From: a virus
Lineage: Duplodnaviria; Caudoviricetes
DNA length: 63,217 nt
IMG/VR virus record: IMGVR_UViG_3300021379_000848
Location: 1-63,217 of that record
Reading direction: 5' to 3' (one strand)
A program made the translations under genes and the position numbers. Below, piece by piece: positions 1 to 10,073 of the stretch. The first letter of the stretch is position 1. Every line of letters begins with the position of its first letter. The notes under the pieces were generated by a model that made no database searches, had not been told where the DNA came from, and was given only the letters and a program-made list of their open reading frames with translations.

Positions 1-135
1 GGTATTGCGGCTTTAGCTCAGTCTTTAGCTCAACAACAAGGTAAGTCAATGCAGGGAATTGCGGCTAATATTGATGCTCAAGAACGCCAGAACGAAATGA
101 TGCAGAAACAGGAAGCAGCGAGAAATCAACAGTTA
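1..135. repeat. Terminal direct overlap (copy 1), assembly circularity
   Basis: 1-135 matches 63083-63217 except one synonymous difference (pos 9 G vs 63091 A); a gene reads in frame across the junction. Confidence 0.95.
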
Positions 136-492
136 GAAAGACAAGGAGAAGCATTAGCACAACAAAGAGAGTTAGATAGAAGGTCTACTTTATTAGGAAT
201 GTCTCAACAAAGATTAGCTGCGGCAAATCAAGCAAGAGCTCAAGCAACGAAAGCATTAACTGGAGGAGTAGGGCAGATGTTAGGTGGTGTTGCTAGTTTC
301 GGCGCTACTCAAGGTTGGTTTGATAAAGGTTTACCTCCAATTCCTGATCAAAATATGTTTTTTGACGTTGGTAATCCCACAGGGCTCCCTAAAGGACAAT
401 TTAATTTAAAAGAGGGTCTCGATGCTTACTACAATCAAAGTAAAAACAAGTCTAATATAGAATGGGGCACTGACCAATTTAATATAGGATAA
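1..492 (+). CDS. 3' part of putative ejection/pilot (cargo) protein that starts at 62783 (~263 aa in total)
   Basis: In frame with the ORF from 62783 across the overlap; Gln/Ala-rich coiled coil plus Gly-rich hydrophobic segments; follows the tail genes. Confidence 0.75.
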   Translation, partial: GIAALAQSLAQQQGKSMQGIAANIDAQERQNEMMQKQEAARNQQLERQGEALAQQRELDRRSTLLGMSQQRLAAANQARAQATKALTGGVGQMLGGVASFGATQGWFDKGLPPIPDQNMFFDVGNPTGLPKGQFNLKEGLDAYYNQSKNKSNIEWGTDQFNIG

Positions 493-496
493 CAAT

Positions 497-2068
497 ATGG
501 CAGCAGACGCAAATTTAATTAAAGGAGCAGCTATGATGTACCAAAATCAAATGGTAGGTGCATCTAGCGAGGGCTTACAAAAAGGTTTTGAACAAAGCAT
601 TCAACCTTACATTGATAAAATAGAAGAAGACGAGAAGAACGCTAAATTATCAGAAGAGCAGTTAGGTAGAATGTTAAATACATTGAATTCTAATGTTGAT
701 GGTAATGGCTTTACTGCAGCTGAACAGACTGTAGCGAGAAATTGGGCTATGTCTAAACGCAATGAATACGCAGACTTAGCTAAGCAACTTTCTAAAATGG
801 ATTATTCTGATCCAAACTATTCTAATATTAAAGCAAAGTTAGATGGTATAAAACAATCATTTGAAAACCTACGTAAAAATAGAGATTTATTAGCTAACGG
901 TAAAAAAGAGTTTATTGAGCAGCAAGATAATATTTCAGCTGCAAATAGATTTTTTAATCCATATAATAAGGAATTTGCTAAAATCGGAGATGATGGTATG
1001 ATAATCTATAACTCTAAAGACGGAGATAAAAGGTTAAGTGATACGCAATTTCCTGAGTTAATAAACAAAGAAGGTTTAGATACCTTTAGAGCAATGTCTA
1101 ACCAGTTGTTTAAATTTGCAAGCACAGGAGCACCTACAAAAAACGCATTAGACGCCGCTAAGGATAAAATGAGAAGTTATTTAGATAAAGGTAATATTGT
1201 GGACTCTATTATATTTGATAAATTAATGCCTGGACTTTATGACAGTGAAGATACTAAAGCTACAATAGAAGCTTACAAAAAAGCTACTGGAGACCAGAAA
1301 AAAGCTTTTAAAGCTAAATTGATCGAAGATATCATAGATACTAACACCGGACAAGCTCTAGGTATGGGTAAGGATGTATATAGAGCTAAGCAAAGAGAAG
1401 CTGCTAATAGAGCTAATCGTAGAGGTGGATCAGGAGATTTAAGCCAAAAAGATTTATTCAAACAAACAGAAGCTAGAAGAAAAGAGTACAACACTTTAAA
1501 ACAAAATTTAGCAGAAAAAATAGATGATTTAGATATAACTCAAGATCCTAGCGGTACTTCTTTATTTGTACCAGTAATGCAAAACGGCAGGTGGACAGGA
1601 AATACCAGTGAAATTTTAGTTAGAAAAACAGCGGAACTTAAACCGGGTACAGAAGAAATGATTGTAAATACTATTAGATTTGAAATTAAAGATAATGGTG
1701 AGTGGAAAAAAGTAACTAGAGAAGAATTAAAAAATTATCAAGCTAGCTTAGATCCAAACATTAGCGCTCCTCCTAAAGACGTTGTTACAAAAGCCACTTC
1801 TAAAGCTTACAACGAGGCTGTAGCGGAATTAGAAGAAGAAGTTTCTAATTGGAAGCCTCTTGATAAATATACAAAAAAGGTATATAAAATGAACAAAAAA
1901 ACGGGTACTAATTCTTATGTTAATGAATATGAATACCCGAGTGAAGCTTATGAAAAATATATAAAGAAGGCTGATGGAGATGTTGAGGAAGCTAAAAGAT
2001 TATACTTAAGGGATAAGAAAAATTTATTAAACCCTAAAGCAGGAAGCTTAGACAATTTAGGAAAATAA
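497..2068 (+). CDS. Putative internal virion (ejection) protein, 523 aa
   Basis: Long helical ORF between the pilot-like gene and the giant protein, the usual podovirus cargo-gene position. Confidence 0.6.
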   Translation: MAADANLIKGAAMMYQNQMVGASSEGLQKGFEQSIQPYIDKIEEDEKNAKLSEEQLGRMLNTLNSNVDGNGFTAAEQTVARNWAMSKRNEYADLAKQLSKMDYSDPNYSNIKAKLDGIKQSFENLRKNRDLLANGKKEFIEQQDNISAANRFFNPYNKEFAKIGDDGMIIYNSKDGDKRLSDTQFPELINKEGLDTFRAMSNQLFKFASTGAPTKNALDAAKDKMRSYLDKGNIVDSIIFDKLMPGLYDSEDTKATIEAYKKATGDQKKAFKAKLIEDIIDTNTGQALGMGKDVYRAKQREAANRANRRGGSGDLSQKDLFKQTEARRKEYNTLKQNLAEKIDDLDITQDPSGTSLFVPVMQNGRWTGNTSEILVRKTAELKPGTEEMIVNTIRFEIKDNGEWKKVTREELKNYQASLDPNISAPPKDVVTKATSKAYNEAVAELEEEVSNWKPLDKYTKKVYKMNKKTGTNSYVNEYEYPSEAYEKYIKKADGDVEEAKRLYLRDKKNLLNPKAGSLDNLGK

Positions 2069-2085
2069 TAATTTACAAATAAATA

Positions 2086-5000
2086 ATGGAAGAATTATAT
2101 AATGATTTGTATGGTAAAGGCTTATACACTAAGTCTTTACAAGATTTTGAACAACAATTTACTGGTAAAGAAGATATATTATTTAACGCTATAGGAGAAG
2201 ATTATGCTTCTGACCTAGAGGAGTTTAAGCAAAAGTATTTTTCGCCGGGAAAGACACAAGGACCTGCAAAGGACGCTGCGGCTGTAGGTCCATTAAACGC
2301 AGCGGATTTGGATTCTACTTCTTCGGATGGTTCTTTGGATTTTTTAGAATTAGATAAAACATTTAAAGGAACATTAGAAGAACCAGCTAATCCAATGTAT
2401 CAATTAGTGGATACTTTAGGAAAACAAAAAGAAGTTGAGATTGAAAACGAATGGGTAGAAGAATCTTTATTACCTAAAAAAACAGGCTATAAGCGTGAGG
2501 ATGGGGTAACTAAAAAAATTGAAGTTCCTATATATCCAAAGGGATATGAGGAGTACATGAAAAAAGCTGAAGGAAATTTAGATTTAGCTAAAAAAATGTA
2601 CTTAAAAGATAAAAAAAGCGAAATAGTAGGTGAGGAACTTAGTAAATATATAAGTGATAAAAATTCAGATGACTTAGAAGAATATTTCGATGAATACAAA
2701 GATTTAAAAATTGAACAAACTGAAAAGCTAAGTGATGTTGTAGATATTAACTCTACCTCTTTAAAGTATCTTAAAGATGAGACTGTCAATGCTGTCAATG
2801 CAATTCAAAAAATAGATAAAGCTTTTGAAAGAGCTGATTTACTGAGCCGAGATAGGATTAAAGAACTGATTGATTACAGGGAAAATTACTTAACCGTAGC
2901 TAAACAAGCTATAAAGAAATCACAAGATTTAGTAAACACTAATACAAAATTAGCTTATTTACTTAAAGATGAAGAAAAGTTTATTGACGCAGCTAAACGT
3001 AGTTATGATTTTGTAGATATTTTAGGGTATTCAGCATTAGCGTCTACAGGTGAAATGATTGCTGGAGCAATTGATTTACCTAAAATGTTTGTTGCTTCTA
3101 CTTTATCTGGTATCTTAGATCAAGATTTAGATGATGTTGACAGAGCAGTGGTTGCTGCTTTTGCTCCATTTCAGTTTGCTGATAATTTAAGAAAAGGCTC
3201 AACTGAACTTAGAGAAGGAATAGCAAAGCCTATCAGTATTTCTGATGTTGAAAATATGTCAGATTTTGGAGAATGGGCTGGCTCATTAATAGGTAATATG
3301 GCTCCACAAATAGCTTTAGGTATTGCTACCGGAGGAGGCGGCTGGGCTGCTAGTACCGCTATGGGAGTATCATCAGCAGCTGGTAAATATTCAGACTTAC
3401 TTAAGGAAATGGAAGAAGGAGCTGAATATACTACAGCTCAAGTCTTATCATCGGCTTTAATATCCGGAGCAGCAGAAACACTTTCAGAAAAAATAACTTT
3501 TGGACAATTCAAAGGTATAAAACAAATACTTAAAAGAAACCCAAAATCTTTAAAAGCAGCACAAGAATACATACAAAACAATATAGCTAAAGGAGCTTAC
3601 CTTAAAACAACTGGGCAAGAAGCATTGTCGGAAGTTGCAGCACAATTAGCTAACAATATGGTAGATATTAATATTTTAGAAAAGAAAGATGTTAATATCA
3701 CAGATGGACTTTTAGACTCTTTAGCCGGAGGTGCTTTTATGAGTGGGGTTATGTTTAAATCTCCTGCAGTTCTAGCTAATGTTTATCATAAAGTAAGAGG
3801 CACTGAAATAGCAGAAAAATTACGTAAAAACGCGATTCAAATAACAAAATTAGATAAAGCTTTAACTGATTTAGAAAAGAAAGAAAGCACTCCTGAGAAC
3901 GAAGAGGTAAAAAAAGGGTTAATTGAAAGCATGGATAAAATAGCTAAGAACAGTCTTAATGCTATGACAGAAGATGTTCAGTTAGTTAACTTTATGACTA
4001 AAGACGAAAAAGCTGAAATTGAATCTTTAAATGAAAAGAAAGCAGATATAGAAAGTAAAGCTAAAACTATTTTTAACAACAAGGATCTTGATCCTGATAT
4101 TAAAAAACAGCAATTAGACGAATTAAATAATCAATATAAAGAAGTAACTAAAAGAAGATCATTCTTAAGTAAAGTAGCGGCTGTTAGAGTTAATCAAGGA
4201 AAAGATGCTAAGTCACTACAAGAAGCGTGGGAGAGGTCTCAAAAAGTTATGCAAGAGTTCGCTAATGATGCAGACTTAAATATAGATTATATTGAGATTA
4301 ATTCAACTAACTTTGAATCAAAGATAAAGGACTTAAATTTAACTCAAAATCAAAAGAAAAGTATACTTGAAAATAATGGTACGTTTTTAGATTCAAGTAC
4401 GAATTCTAATATTAATAAAGATATTATTTTTATTAACAAAGATTTAGACGCTGCTTATGGGGCAGCCACTACAGTTCAGCATGAGGTGTTACATGTTGTT
4501 TTAAATAAGGTGGTTAAAGATCAATTAAAAATAGCTGGTAAAGATGCTTCAAACACTCAGGCTGTTATAGATGGTATGGGTCTTAAGTTGTATGAAAAAC
4601 TATCTAAAGTAGAAGGTTTTAACGATACAACCTTAGCTAAAAGATTTGATTATTATTTAGAAAACAGTAACTTTGCTCTTGAAGAATTAATAACAGTACT
4701 TTCAGAACATATTTCAGAAACAAAAGCTAAAAAAGGAACGTTTAGTGCAATAGTTGAGTTTTTTAAAGATTTATATGCAAGATTCACAGGTCAGCAATTA
4801 CAACTTGAAACCACAGATGATTTATTAGGATTTGTGAATTCATACACTAAAATGTTTGATGCCGGTAAAATTGACACTGACATATCTGGAGCCGTAAAAG
4901 AAGCTAGAGTGAAGATTGATTTGAATGTAGATAGAGCTCAAATACAGAAAAGAATAGACGAAATTAGAAAAGAAAGAGGTATAACGCGAAGACCTCAAAT

Positions 5001-8000
5001 TAAGAATATAGATTCTAAAGCATCTAAATATTTTGATGATGAGTTAACACAGTTAGCTAAAGACTTTGAAGATGGTGTAATACCAGAGGATGAATATCTA
5101 CAGCGTATTGATGATCTGATGGATGAAATTGAAAAAGCTGAGGCAGCTAATGAAGAAGCAGAGGATTTTTCAGTTGTAAAAAAGCAACCTAAAAAAGCTA
5201 AAAAACAAAAGTCGGAATTACAAATTGAGTTAGCAGGTAAAGCTAAAATACATAAAGAATTACTAGATCGTATTGGTAATGATCCAAACGGTTATAATCC
5301 AGATGATGCTAGAATTTGGGATACGATAGCTAGCATGGTTGAATCTAAGTCTAGGAATTATACCACAGCTAAAGGTGACTATGCTCCATTAACTAATTTA
5401 CCTAAATTTGATATGGAAAGTATGGTCGCTGAAACTCAAGCTAGTTTAGTTAACTATATCAAAAAATTCGATCCTTCTTTAAATAATTCTCTTTATGGTT
5501 ATGTAAACGCGCAGCTCCTAAACAGGATGAGAGCAGCGTTGAAAACAGGCAAAGTAGCTGGTACCGAGTTTATGACGGATGTCACAGAAGCTAAAGGTAT
5601 AGCATACACTGACGAAGGTTATGTAGAAGTAAAAGGTAAAGAGTATACTAGAATATCTGATTCCAAAGCATTTTCAGATGAACTTATAGAAAAAGCTAAA
5701 GCCGATTTATTACGAGTTATAAGGGTGTTAAAATCAAAGATCGATTCCCCTATGACTATCAACCAATCTATATCACCATTAATGCGTGAAATTATCCAAA
5801 ATACTAAAAATATGATGGATGCCGATATTAAAGTTGAAATGGGAGGTAAGAAAGATGGTAAATTGCGTAAATGGTTACAAGCTAATAAGAAAATGGTAAT
5901 TGAAAATTCAACCACTACTTTCTTAATGGGTAAAAATAACGGTAAAGTTGTTAAAGGAGGTATACCTTCTGCTATTGAAAAGAAAGTTAACGGAAGATGG
6001 TTACCATATCCTGAGTGGATCGATAAGAAAATTGACAGAGAGACTACTTGGGCTAGAGGTAATACGTCTGGTAATGAGCTGGCTAGAAGAGTACCCGCTT
6101 CAAGAGTTTCAGATGCAGATTTCTTAAGTCACGTATTAGCACCTACTGGTAATCCTATTAGAGGTAGAAAAGAAGCAATAGCAATGCACTTATCTTCTGA
6201 ATTAAGTGTTGAACTGTTTATAAAAGAGCTAAAAGACGAGAATAGCGACATATCTAAAGCTTTTGAAACTAACAGGGAGCTAAGAGACGAAATACTGGTT
6301 GACAATGTTATTTCGGAATTATCTAAGCAAGCGGAAAGAGGTTTACTTAAAAACTCTATGCGTGACGGTACAATAATGGATGGAATTGCTGATCGCATAA
6401 AAAATAAAGCATTAAGTAAAACTATAAAAGCATATATTCAAAGCGAAGATAAAGAAGACCTCACAATGAGTGGTCTGTTAAGGTATATAAAGAATGAGGG
6501 CTTGTTGGATAATATGACAGTTTCAGACAAACTTAAGTTCTATATTGATGGCTTTATGGCTTTTAATGATGGACCAAAAGCTACACTTAAATTCTTTAAT
6601 CAAACAGAAGCTGTTGCTCAAGATGTTACTAGATCTGAAGCAGATGGATTAAATGAGGGTATTTTAAAATTCTCAGCTTATAGCGAAGCGGACTTAAATA
6701 AAAAGATCAATAAAATGCTGGAGCGTAAATCCGGTATAAAAGCAGGTACTAAAATTTCTAAAACTAGAGCTGCTAATATTGGAAAAAATAAAGGTAAGTT
6801 TAAATTCTTTTTACCTCCGAATGCTGAGGACTTTATGGGTTTAATATATCCTTTAATAGGTAAAGGTAAGCAAGGTGATAAAGACCTCGAGTTCATAAAA
6901 GAAACTTTGATTGATCCTTTTAATAGAGCTGAAAATGAGATTAGTGAATTTAGACAAAGGTTATCTGAAGATCTAAAGGTGCTAAACAAAGAAATGGGTG
7001 ACTTAGATACAAATGTAGACAAGGAAATTATAAAGGAATTAGCTGAGCAAAACTTTACACCTACTCAAGCTGTTAGGGTCTTTATATGGACAGCGCGTGG
7101 AGAAGACATTCCTGATTTAACTAAAAGCGAAGCTCTTAAGTTAAGATTAAAGGTTATGAAAGATAAAAAGCTGCTTAAGTACGCTAAAGATCTAATGGAG
7201 ATTACATCTAAGTTTGGTGGTTACCCACCTCCAAGCAAAACGTGGGCCGCTGGTAATGTAACAGCCGATTTCTATGAATACGCTAATGAAAACGTTAGAG
7301 CTGATATATTAGCTGATTGGCAAGCTACTGTTGATGTTATGTTTAATAAGGAAAATTTAAACAAGATGTTAGCTATTTTCGGTAAGGATTATGTAAAGAA
7401 CCTAGAGAGAAGTTTACAACGCATGAAATCTGGTAAGAATCGCCTACATACTCAAGACGATTTAGGTAGTGGGTTTTTAAATTTTATCAATGGTTCTATC
7501 GGGGTTATCATGTTTATGAATATTCGTTCCGCCGTGTTACAAACTATATCCGCTGTTAACTTTATGAACTGGACAGATAATAATCCTATAAAAGCCGCAA
7601 AAACTTTAAAAGACCCTAAGAACGTAGCTAATCACTTTATGAGACTATTGAATTCAGATTTCTTAAAACAACGAAGAGCTGGGTTAGAGATAGATGTAGC
7701 TGAATCGGAAATTGCAGACGCGGCCACAGAAGCAAGAAACTTTGCGAAAAGTGTATTTCATAAATTAATAAGATTAGGGTATAAGCCAACTCAGTTTGCG
7801 GATAGTTTTGCTATTGCTTTAGGTGGTACTACTTTTATTATTAATAGACAAGCTACTTATGAAGCTGAAGGTATGACAGCAGAAGAAGCGTATGAAAAAG
7901 CGTTTGTAGACTTTAGAGAGATAGCTGAAGAAAACCAGCAATCATCGAGAACAGATAAAGTATCTAATATTCAATCTTCTGCTTTAGGTAGATTAGTATT

Positions 8001-8718
8001 TGCATTTAACAATACACCGTTCCAGTACACCCGTATTATAAAGAAAGCTACTTTAGATCTAATAAACAATAGAGGTGATTGGAGAACAAATGTAAGTAAA
8101 ATAATTTACTACGGCGCAGCACAGAATGCAATATTCTTCACATTGCAACAGGCTCTTTTTTCAGTAATGTTTGATGATGAAGAAGAAGAAAAAACTACAG
8201 CTAAGCAACTTCGTTTGGCTAACAGTATGGTTGATTCTATATTAAGAGGTTCTGGTTTACCAGGAGCAGTAGTTAGTACACTTAAGAATACTTTAATTAA
8301 ATATACGGAAGAAGAAAAGAAAGGGTGGAGAGGCAGTCCTGAAAAAGTTGTATTAGAGCTAAGTTCTTTATCACCGCCTATCAATTATAAAGCTAAAAAG
8401 ATAGTGAACTTTATCAATAGCGCTAAATACTCAGAAAGTACATATGATGAAGTTAGAAGGTATGGTAAGCTGGTTTCAGTAGCAAATGTACCGGTTGATA
8501 GGATCTTAACCAAATACGATAATCTAACCACAGCAATGAGTGGTGATATAGAAAATTGGCAAAGAGTTGCTTTAACGTTAGGATGGGATAAATGGAGTCT
8601 AGATTTGTACGATAAAAAGAAAAAGAAAGCTAAAAAGACAAACAACGCTATAAAAACTTTAAAAATGAAACCACTAAAAATGAAACCACTAAAAATGAAA
8701 CCACTAAAAATGAAATAA
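2086..8718 (+). CDS. Giant polyvalent internal virion protein, 2210 aa, with zincin HExxH and sigma70 region-2-like domain
   Basis: HEVLH at ~aa799 with downstream EE; IWDTIASMVESKSRNY...ETQASLVNYIKKFDPS...YGYVNAQLLNRMRAAL at aa~1077-1152; Gly/Ala hydrophobic stretches; C-terminal GRLVFAFNNTPFQY region typical of large ejection proteins. Confidence 0.7.
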   Translation: MEELYNDLYGKGLYTKSLQDFEQQFTGKEDILFNAIGEDYASDLEEFKQKYFSPGKTQGPAKDAAAVGPLNAADLDSTSSDGSLDFLELDKTFKGTLEEPANPMYQLVDTLGKQKEVEIENEWVEESLLPKKTGYKREDGVTKKIEVPIYPKGYEEYMKKAEGNLDLAKKMYLKDKKSEIVGEELSKYISDKNSDDLEEYFDEYKDLKIEQTEKLSDVVDINSTSLKYLKDETVNAVNAIQKIDKAFERADLLSRDRIKELIDYRENYLTVAKQAIKKSQDLVNTNTKLAYLLKDEEKFIDAAKRSYDFVDILGYSALASTGEMIAGAIDLPKMFVASTLSGILDQDLDDVDRAVVAAFAPFQFADNLRKGSTELREGIAKPISISDVENMSDFGEWAGSLIGNMAPQIALGIATGGGGWAASTAMGVSSAAGKYSDLLKEMEEGAEYTTAQVLSSALISGAAETLSEKITFGQFKGIKQILKRNPKSLKAAQEYIQNNIAKGAYLKTTGQEALSEVAAQLANNMVDINILEKKDVNITDGLLDSLAGGAFMSGVMFKSPAVLANVYHKVRGTEIAEKLRKNAIQITKLDKALTDLEKKESTPENEEVKKGLIESMDKIAKNSLNAMTEDVQLVNFMTKDEKAEIESLNEKKADIESKAKTIFNNKDLDPDIKKQQLDELNNQYKEVTKRRSFLSKVAAVRVNQGKDAKSLQEAWERSQKVMQEFANDADLNIDYIEINSTNFESKIKDLNLTQNQKKSILENNGTFLDSSTNSNINKDIIFINKDLDAAYGAATTVQHEVLHVVLNKVVKDQLKIAGKDASNTQAVIDGMGLKLYEKLSKVEGFNDTTLAKRFDYYLENSNFALEELITVLSEHISETKAKKGTFSAIVEFFKDLYARFTGQQLQLETTDDLLGFVNSYTKMFDAGKIDTDISGAVKEARVKIDLNVDRAQIQKRIDEIRKERGITRRPQIKNIDSKASKYFDDELTQLAKDFEDGVIPEDEYLQRIDDLMDEIEKAEAANEEAEDFSVVKKQPKKAKKQKSELQIELAGKAKIHKELLDRIGNDPNGYNPDDARIWDTIASMVESKSRNYTTAKGDYAPLTNLPKFDMESMVAETQASLVNYIKKFDPSLNNSLYGYVNAQLLNRMRAALKTGKVAGTEFMTDVTEAKGIAYTDEGYVEVKGKEYTRISDSKAFSDELIEKAKADLLRVIRVLKSKIDSPMTINQSISPLMREIIQNTKNMMDADIKVEMGGKKDGKLRKWLQANKKMVIENSTTTFLMGKNNGKVVKGGIPSAIEKKVNGRWLPYPEWIDKKIDRETTWARGNTSGNELARRVPASRVSDADFLSHVLAPTGNPIRGRKEAIAMHLSSELSVELFIKELKDENSDISKAFETNRELRDEILVDNVISELSKQAERGLLKNSMRDGTIMDGIADRIKNKALSKTIKAYIQSEDKEDLTMSGLLRYIKNEGLLDNMTVSDKLKFYIDGFMAFNDGPKATLKFFNQTEAVAQDVTRSEADGLNEGILKFSAYSEADLNKKINKMLERKSGIKAGTKISKTRAANIGKNKGKFKFFLPPNAEDFMGLIYPLIGKGKQGDKDLEFIKETLIDPFNRAENEISEFRQRLSEDLKVLNKEMGDLDTNVDKEIIKELAEQNFTPTQAVRVFIWTARGEDIPDLTKSEALKLRLKVMKDKKLLKYAKDLMEITSKFGGYPPPSKTWAAGNVTADFYEYANENVRADILADWQATVDVMFNKENLNKMLAIFGKDYVKNLERSLQRMKSGKNRLHTQDDLGSGFLNFINGSIGVIMFMNIRSAVLQTISAVNFMNWTDNNPIKAAKTLKDPKNVANHFMRLLNSDFLKQRRAGLEIDVAESEIADAATEARNFAKSVFHKLIRLGYKPTQFADSFAIALGGTTFIINRQATYEAEGMTAEEAYEKAFVDFREIAEENQQSSRTDKVSNIQSSALGRLVFAFNNTPFQYTRIIKKATLDLINNRGDWRTNVSKIIYYGAAQNAIFFTLQQALFSVMFDDEEEEKTTAKQLRLANSMVDSILRGSGLPGAVVSTLKNTLIKYTEEEKKGWRGSPEKVVLELSSLSPPINYKAKKIVNFINSAKYSESTYDEVRRYGKLVSVANVPVDRILTKYDNLTTAMSGDIENWQRVALTLGWDKWSLDLYDKKKKKAKKTNNAIKTLKMKPLKMKPLKMKPLKMK
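8660..8715 (+). repeat. 15-bp tandem repeat (TAAAAATGAAACCAC) x3.7 encoding LKMKP repeats
   Basis: Directly visible perfect repeat at the C-terminus of the giant protein. Confidence 0.95.
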
Positions 8719-9422
8719 TGCAAGATCTGAGTTTTTTAAAAGAGAGTTTTGGTCAAATGAATGGGACATTGACCTTTATAACTGTGGTGCTAGTAATAAT
8801 AGCATTTGTAATTATAAAATCAAAAGATACTTTAAAAGAGTTCTTTTTGAAATCTAAAAAACCTGAAGCTAAAAGCTTAGAACCATTGAAGCATCATAGT
8901 ATGTTTTTAACTGCTGATAGGGTTATTAGTAGAATAAACGCTACCGATTTTACTACGTTTGATTCTTACGATGAAATAAAAACCAAACTATTAAAAACAT
9001 TAATAGAAATGAAGGTGGGCGTGGTTAAAAAAAGATTTTTAGAATTAATTGATATACCAGGTTTGAAAGATGAAGAACCTTTTAAGTTAAAATTCATAAT
9101 AGCAACGTCTTTGTCATCTTTAGTTAATGAATATAACGATATGGCTATAAAGTACATGAGTGATAACCTAGAAATTGATGTAAAAGACGCAAAGTTTCTG
9201 GTAGATAAATATGAGGAGTTTAGGCAATATATTGTTGATGCGTTCACTGATGAATTAGAAGTTATAGTTATGGATACAAATTATTCTGATAATTTCGAAA
9301 GATTAAATACTATATTTTACGCCGTTTCAATTAGTTTAAGCATTATACCAAGAGATGTGGTAGGTGTGTTTAACGAAATAAACGGTAGATACAAAAAATA
9401 TTTAAATGAAAAAAATACTTAA
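8718..9422 (+). CDS. N-terminally membrane-anchored protein (holin candidate)
   Basis: One TM segment (TLTFITVVLVIIAFVII) then a soluble domain; adjacent to the spanin-like gene. Confidence 0.45.
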   Translation: MQDLSFLKESFGQMNGTLTFITVVLVIIAFVIIKSKDTLKEFFLKSKKPEAKSLEPLKHHSMFLTADRVISRINATDFTTFDSYDEIKTKLLKTLIEMKVGVVKKRFLELIDIPGLKDEEPFKLKFIIATSLSSLVNEYNDMAIKYMSDNLEIDVKDAKFLVDKYEEFRQYIVDAFTDELEVIVMDTNYSDNFERLNTIFYAVSISLSIIPRDVVGVFNEINGRYKKYLNEKNT

Positions 9423-9855
9423 AATACCTTTATACTTACTTTTAGTTTTATTTTTTTTTAATAATTGTCGCACTAAAAAAACCGTTACGGAATATAAAAA
9501 TAAAATAGTACGTGATACTATAATAAAGAACGTGGTGAAGACAGTTACGAAAGAAGTAAAAGATACTATATTAATTGAAGAGCCTTGCGATTCTTTAGGT
9601 AACTTAAAAAACTTTTCTAAAATAATAAAAAATGAAAAAGCTAAAGTAGAAGTATCTAACAAAAAAGGTAATATAGAAGTCAAGGTAGATATAGATAGCT
9701 TAGTTAACTACAGGGTAGAACAGTTTAAGAAAAGCTATAAAAAAGAAATAGAAATTAAAAAAGTAGAAATAATAAAGTTTAGAACTCCGAGGTATATGTT
9801 TGTAATAATAGTTTTATCTGTATTACTTAACATAGCTCTCTTAAGATTAAATTAA
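9406..9855 (+). CDS. Lipoprotein with C-terminal TM helix, unimolecular spanin candidate
   Basis: Signal peptide ending FFFNN-C; DT(I/V) beta-rich middle; C-terminal MFVIIVLSVLLNIALL. Confidence 0.6.
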   Translation: MKKILKIPLYLLLVLFFFNNCRTKKTVTEYKNKIVRDTIIKNVVKTVTKEVKDTILIEEPCDSLGNLKNFSKIIKNEKAKVEVSNKKGNIEVKVDIDSLVNYRVEQFKKSYKKEIEIKKVEIIKFRTPRYMFVIIVLSVLLNIALLRLN

Positions 9856-9856
9856 A

Positions 9857-10072
9857 ATGGATAAAAAGAAACCAAAGAAAAAAACAACAGTAAGCTCAAG
9901 CATTAAGAAACAATTTCCAAATAGCATTGTAGCTAAAGTAAAAGGTAGAAAAAACACCTACAACGTAATGAGTAAGAAATCAGGTAGATCATTTACTATT
10001 ACTAGAACACCTGCTAAAACAGCAAAAACCTATACTGTAAAAGAAATCCTAAACCGTAAAACTAGAAAATAG
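9857..10072 (+). CDS. Small Lys/Arg-rich protein
   Basis: 71-aa ORF, highly basic, tightly packed. Confidence 0.7.
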   Translation: MDKKKPKKKTTVSSSIKKQFPNSIVAKVKGRKNTYNVMSKKSGRSFTITRTPAKTAKTYTVKEILNRKTRK

Positions 10073-10073
10073 T

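Noticed and set aside
1-135. Terminal repeat as a biological direct terminal repeat
   Set aside because: It falls mid-gene and has k-mer-like length, so it is most simply an assembler overlap; the single synonymous mismatch suggests population variation
2086-8718. crAss-type virion RNA polymerase
   Set aside because: No DxDGD-type catalytic motif seen in this or any other ORF
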